Shown piece after piece: positions 25,202-28,275 of a stretch of DNA of 28,275 nucleotides. The notes below the pieces were generated by a model. It saw only the letters and a list, made by a program, of their open reading frames with translations. It was not told the DNA's origin and ran no database searches. The position numbers and the translations under genes were made by a program. How positions within the stretch are numbered: position 1 is the first letter of the stretch; each line of letters begins with the position of its first letter. Origin of the DNA: a virus (lineage: Duplodnaviria > Caudoviricetes); the IMG/VR virus record IMGVR_UViG_3300007960_000132, positions 1 to 28,275 of that record. One strand, given 5' to 3'.

Positions 25202-25318
25202 TTATTTCCTTGTAGCTCTCTTTGTAACAGGGACACAGTTTGGTACTTTTTTGCCACCTTTTTTCTTCATACCAATGGCTTCGTACCCTGTCCAGCACGG
25301 GTTAGACTTCTTAGCCAT
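25202..25318 (-). CDS. 38-aa basic two-cysteine peptide (missed by the ORF track)
   Basis: MAKKSNPCWTGYEAIGMKKKGGKKVPNCVPVTKRATRK*. ATG overlaps the upstream stop (TAATG) and its stop is 1 nt before the next ATG. The PCW.GY...GMK.K....VPNCVP motif is familiar from aquatic phages. Confidence 0.85.
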   Translation of the reverse strand: MAKKSNPCWTGYEAIGMKKKGGKKVPNCVPVTKRATRK

Positions 25319-26733
25319 TACTTATTGTATCCTTTCATTTTGAACGGTCCAGAAGCAGCCTTTGTTATAGGTTTTCCTGCTGTAGACGATTTGAAGTCAC
25401 CAACCATTTTGGCTTGCGCTTGTACCTTTTCAGCACCCCACATTTTAGCAGGACTGTCGCTATACATCATTCTTGGGTTGTGCTTGTACTTCATCTGTAG
25501 AGGCGTTTCCTCCTGGTCTATAGCCTCCATATTGCCTCTTGACTGGTATCTACCCGAAGTCGGTGTTGGCGCAGCTTGATTTCTCAATCTAGAAGCACCC
25601 TGCGTTAACGCTTTTGAGATCATATTAGAAGATCCTTCTGAACCGAGTATTGGTTTTTCAGAGAAATCAGGTTCACTGTAGCTTGACACAACCTCTACTT
25701 CACCTAGTTGACCACCATCGTAAGTCTGCTCTTGTGGCATCTGCTTCTTAATTTCCATTTTTGGTTCAGAAACAGTTGGCACTTGAGCTGTTTTCGCTGG
25801 TAATTCAATCTTTTGTTCTGGTGTGTTGCCAAACATTGTAGAGGACTCAGCTCTAGAATCAGAAGAACTAGAAGACGTTGTTGTATTACCATAGTCGCCG
25901 TGTCTATTGACATTCCACTGTTCTTCTGGTTTAGCTTCTCTATAGTTGTCGTTAGGGTCGTAAGAACCAGTTTGAGCTCTATTCTTTCTAGAATCCTGTG
26001 GGTTGTAAGAAGCGTTTCTTCCAGTGACGTTTCCAGATTCATCAGTGGTGAATCTAGTTTGATCCACACCGAAGATATCAGCTTGGTTTAGATCATATCT
26101 TTTAGAAGCATTAGCATCTGCCTTACCAGCTTCGGTTAACGCATATCCTTTTCCTCTACCAATCCCACCTGTTTTCTCAACAAGACCCTGAGACTCTAAG
26201 TATTTCATATCAGCGCGCGCTTGCTTACGGTTTGATCTACGCTGACTTTCTTGTGTTCTGTTTATATTTTTTTGCTGCCAGTTCCAACGAGTGTCTGTCT
26301 CCATTCCTTTGTTGCCCTCGACAGCTGGTCTCATTACGGGAGTTTTTGTTTCACTCTCGCTTGATTGAGTGCTGCTTGAATTGCTGGATTCAGCTTTAGC
26401 GGCTGGAAATTGATCTACATAAGAGCTTGATATATAACCCTTAGACCTTAGTTCTTCACCTGTAGCATTTGGAAATCTTTTCTTCAAGCCGGCTATGTAC
26501 TTTCCAGCATCGGCTGCTTTCGCACCGCCGCTAGACGCGGTTGGAACGTTTGATGCTGGTTGACCAGCGTTTCTAACTAGATCTCCAGCTGACTTAGTTC
26601 TGTCAACCTTAAATACATTACCACTAGCGTCTGTTTCATACGTGGTGCTAGAGCTAGTTGAAGATGATTTCTTCTCCTCTCCGTATTTCAACGGTGATTT
26701 AGAGGCTTTGCTTGTGATAGGTGTGCTTTTCAT
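25318..26733 (-). CDS. Low-complexity, probably disordered protein (471 aa); candidate internal virion protein
   Basis: ORF track. Ser/Thr/Gly/Lys-rich with few hydrophobic residues. Start and stop both overlap neighbours. Confidence 0.75.
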   Translation of the reverse strand: MKSTPITSKASKSPLKYGEEKKSSSTSSSTTYETDASGNVFKVDRTKSAGDLVRNAGQPASNVPTASSGGAKAADAGKYIAGLKKRFPNATGEELRSKGYISSSYVDQFPAAKAESSNSSSTQSSESETKTPVMRPAVEGNKGMETDTRWNWQQKNINRTQESQRRSNRKQARADMKYLESQGLVEKTGGIGRGKGYALTEAGKADANASKRYDLNQADIFGVDQTRFTTDESGNVTGRNASYNPQDSRKNRAQTGSYDPNDNYREAKPEEQWNVNRHGDYGNTTTSSSSSDSRAESSTMFGNTPEQKIELPAKTAQVPTVSEPKMEIKKQMPQEQTYDGGQLGEVEVVSSYSEPDFSEKPILGSEGSSNMISKALTQGASRLRNQAAPTPTSGRYQSRGNMEAIDQEETPLQMKYKHNPRMMYSDSPAKMWGAEKVQAQAKMVGDFKSSTAGKPITKAASGPFKMKGYNK

Positions 26734-27062
26734 TTTTTAGTTCGATTATACGCTTCCTTTTCCCATGGTAAAGATTTAGCGCCTTCGTTCATTTTTTCTC
26801 TACTGTAGATTTTACCTCTCCAATAAACGTTCTGGGTATCATAAGAAAGATCACCTCGAGACATTTGCTCAAGGTGAACCTTTTCGTGTTTTACAGCTTC
26901 CCTAACTTTTGCTGGAGACGCTTTTTGATCGACGTATATTGTTCCATCTATATTCGCCTCAGCGACAATACCATCTTGCAACTCTGTCTTTATAACTATT
27001 GGGTTATCCAACTGTTGACGCTTATGATAGTTTGACGCTTTGTGCGTTATAGGTTTCATCAT
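26730..27062 (-). CDS. Small HEXXH (zincin-like) putative metallopeptidase (110 aa)
   Basis: GTIYVD...EAVKHEKVHLEQM with a downstream PWEKEAY third-ligand-type motif. Confidence 0.65.
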   Translation of the reverse strand: MMKPITHKASNYHKRQQLDNPIVIKTELQDGIVAEANIDGTIYVDQKASPAKVREAVKHEKVHLEQMSRGDLSYDTQNVYWRGKIYSREKMNEGAKSLPWEKEAYNRTKK

Positions 27063-27499
27063 CTATCCGGATCTTTTATCATGTCATCCACCGCTTTGTT
27101 TGTGACTTTAGCGGTGTAAGTTTTGTTTTTGAAATGAACGCTCGAGCTTCCTGTAGGTATATCCTCTTCACCAAGCAATATCCTATATATTCTAAGGATC
27201 ATGTGCTTTGTTTTGTGCGAGGTTGTGTAGATCGCGTACGCTTGCGTAGTTCTGTTTCTTTCTCTCCAAACGTCGATCCAACCTTGATTTCTAAGTCTCT
27301 CCCATCTATGTTTATCCCATGAATAAGCGTAGATACCATCGATGAAATCTTTTCTAGAAAACCTGCCCAAGCAGTCTAAGTATATGAGTAACTCTAAATC
27401 AGCATCTTTTAATTCATACTGATGGCATGCCCACCTTCTAACCAATCTGTAATATTTCAGGATTTTAAAATCCCTAAGGTCGTGCGAACTGAGCCTCAT
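27059..27499 (-). CDS. Hypothetical protein, possible winged-helix DNA-binding fold (146 aa)
   Basis: LKDADLELLIYL...WERLRNQGWIDVWR...AIYTTSHKTK resembles a MarR-type wHTH pattern. ATGA overlaps at both ends. Confidence 0.55.
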   Translation of the reverse strand: MRLSSHDLRDFKILKYYRLVRRWACHQYELKDADLELLIYLDCLGRFSRKDFIDGIYAYSWDKHRWERLRNQGWIDVWRERNRTTQAYAIYTTSHKTKHMILRIYRILLGEEDIPTGSSSVHFKNKTYTAKVTNKAVDDMIKDPDR

Positions 27500-27750
27500 T
27501 CTACTATTACAATATCACTGGTTTTTATGACTTGATAAACATTACCATCAAACGTTATTTCATGCCCGGCGTGACGATCGTAGTATACTATATCACCCTC
27601 ACTTATGAAATTAGCTTGATCACCAGCAGATTGAACTTTTCCTCTTAGGTACCTTTTTTCAGAGAGTTTATCGGTGAGCTCCAACCCACCGACATTAACA
27701 TTCTCTTGTTTTAGCTTTTCTATGATTACGTAGAAGTTTACAGCTCTCAT
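27496..27750 (-). CDS. groES: Co-chaperonin GroES (84 aa)
   Basis: MRAVNFYVII...GGLEL...RGKVQSAG...ISEGDIVYYDRHAGHEITFDGNVYQVIKTSDIVIVE. Adjacent to groEL. Confidence 0.88.
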   Translation of the reverse strand: MRAVNFYVIIEKLKQENVNVGGLELTDKLSEKRYLRGKVQSAGDQANFISEGDIVYYDRHAGHEITFDGNVYQVIKTSDIVIVE

Positions 27751-28275
27751 TGTAGTCTAATATTTGATATAACAGCGTCAGCTGAGATTATTGTTGATGC
27801 AACGGACACCGCGTTTTTAAGTGCTGTTTTTGTAACTAGTAGTGGGTCAATGATACCGTTTTTTATCATGTTTACCTGTTTGCCAGTAACGACATCCATA
27901 CCGTAACCTTTTTTGAATACAGGATTCATGATAAACATATCGGCGTTGCTCATAATCGTGTTAAATGGCGCTTTAATTGCCTCTAGAAGCACTTTCTCAC
28001 CAACGGTGGACTTGTCGCTAATAAATTTATTTGAAGCCCCTAGAAGCGCTATTCCACCACCAGGTACAATACCTTCTTGTATTGCTGCTTTTACCGCGTA
28101 GATAGCATCTTCAACCCTATCCTTTTTTTCCTTTAATTCTATCTTAGAATTGGCACCAACTCGGACAATACCAACCTTACCGCTTAGCATTGCTACACGC
28201 TGTTCGATCTTTTTCTTGAAAAACGGATTATTTTCCTTTTTTAGTTTAGCTTCCGCTTGTTCTAGTCTCTCCGAC
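27747..28275 (-). CDS. groEL: Chaperonin GroEL, C-terminal part (5' end outside the window)
   Basis: The frame is open to the window edge (SERLEQAEAKLKKENNPFFKKKIEQRVAMLSG...). Motifs ELKEKKDRVEDA, EGIVPGGGIAL and GIIDPLLVTKTALKNAVSVA. Confidence 0.95.
   Translation of the reverse strand, partial: SERLEQAEAKLKKENNPFFKKKIEQRVAMLSGKVGIVRVGANSKIELKEKKDRVEDAIYAVKAAIQEGIVPGGGIALLGASNKFISDKSTVGEKVLLEAIKAPFNTIMSNADMFIMNPVFKKGYGMDVVTGKQVNMIKNGIIDPLLVTKTALKNAVSVASTIISADAVISNIRLQ

Noticed and set aside
1-28275. Stop-codon reassignment, introns or inteins as found in some crAss-like phages; tRNA genes
   Set aside because: Genes are full length in the standard code with dense packing, TerL and portal appear uninterrupted, and no intergenic gap shows a tRNA-like sequence.

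Overview
The window is part of a tailed dsDNA phage genome. Every credible gene lies on the minus strand in one tightly packed late/morphogenesis block. Reading in the direction of transcription (right to left), it contains: GroEL (truncated by the window edge) and GroES; small basic or low-complexity proteins including an HEXXH protein; three fibre-like structural genes; a 1701-aa Thr/Ser-rich protein; a sugar-modification cassette (HP-motif glycosyltransferase-like protein, cupin, SAM methyltransferase, KdsA); a tandem double-GroES-like protein; probable TerS, then TerL, portal, scaffold and major capsid protein; two probable tail ring proteins; and a >1250-aa tail/muzzle-type protein that runs off the left edge and is absent from the ORF track. 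Gene order and AT-rich leaders without an obvious Shine-Dalgarno suggest a crAss-like-related phage of Bacteroidota (inference). The standout is the 1701-aa protein, which reads as a protein-level 'stem-loop'. Two ~810-aa arms of 10-aa and 14-aa repeat units match each other unit for unit in reverse order (68 units by my manual parse), with aromatic positions facing His/Lys/Arg/Thr positions. The arms flank a central ~70-aa four-cysteine domain. This predicts a single-chain antiparallel beta-ribbon up to roughly 270 nm long with a tip domain, encoded next to a possible Kdo-type glycosylation cassette. All calls come from motif recognition by eye; no searches were run.
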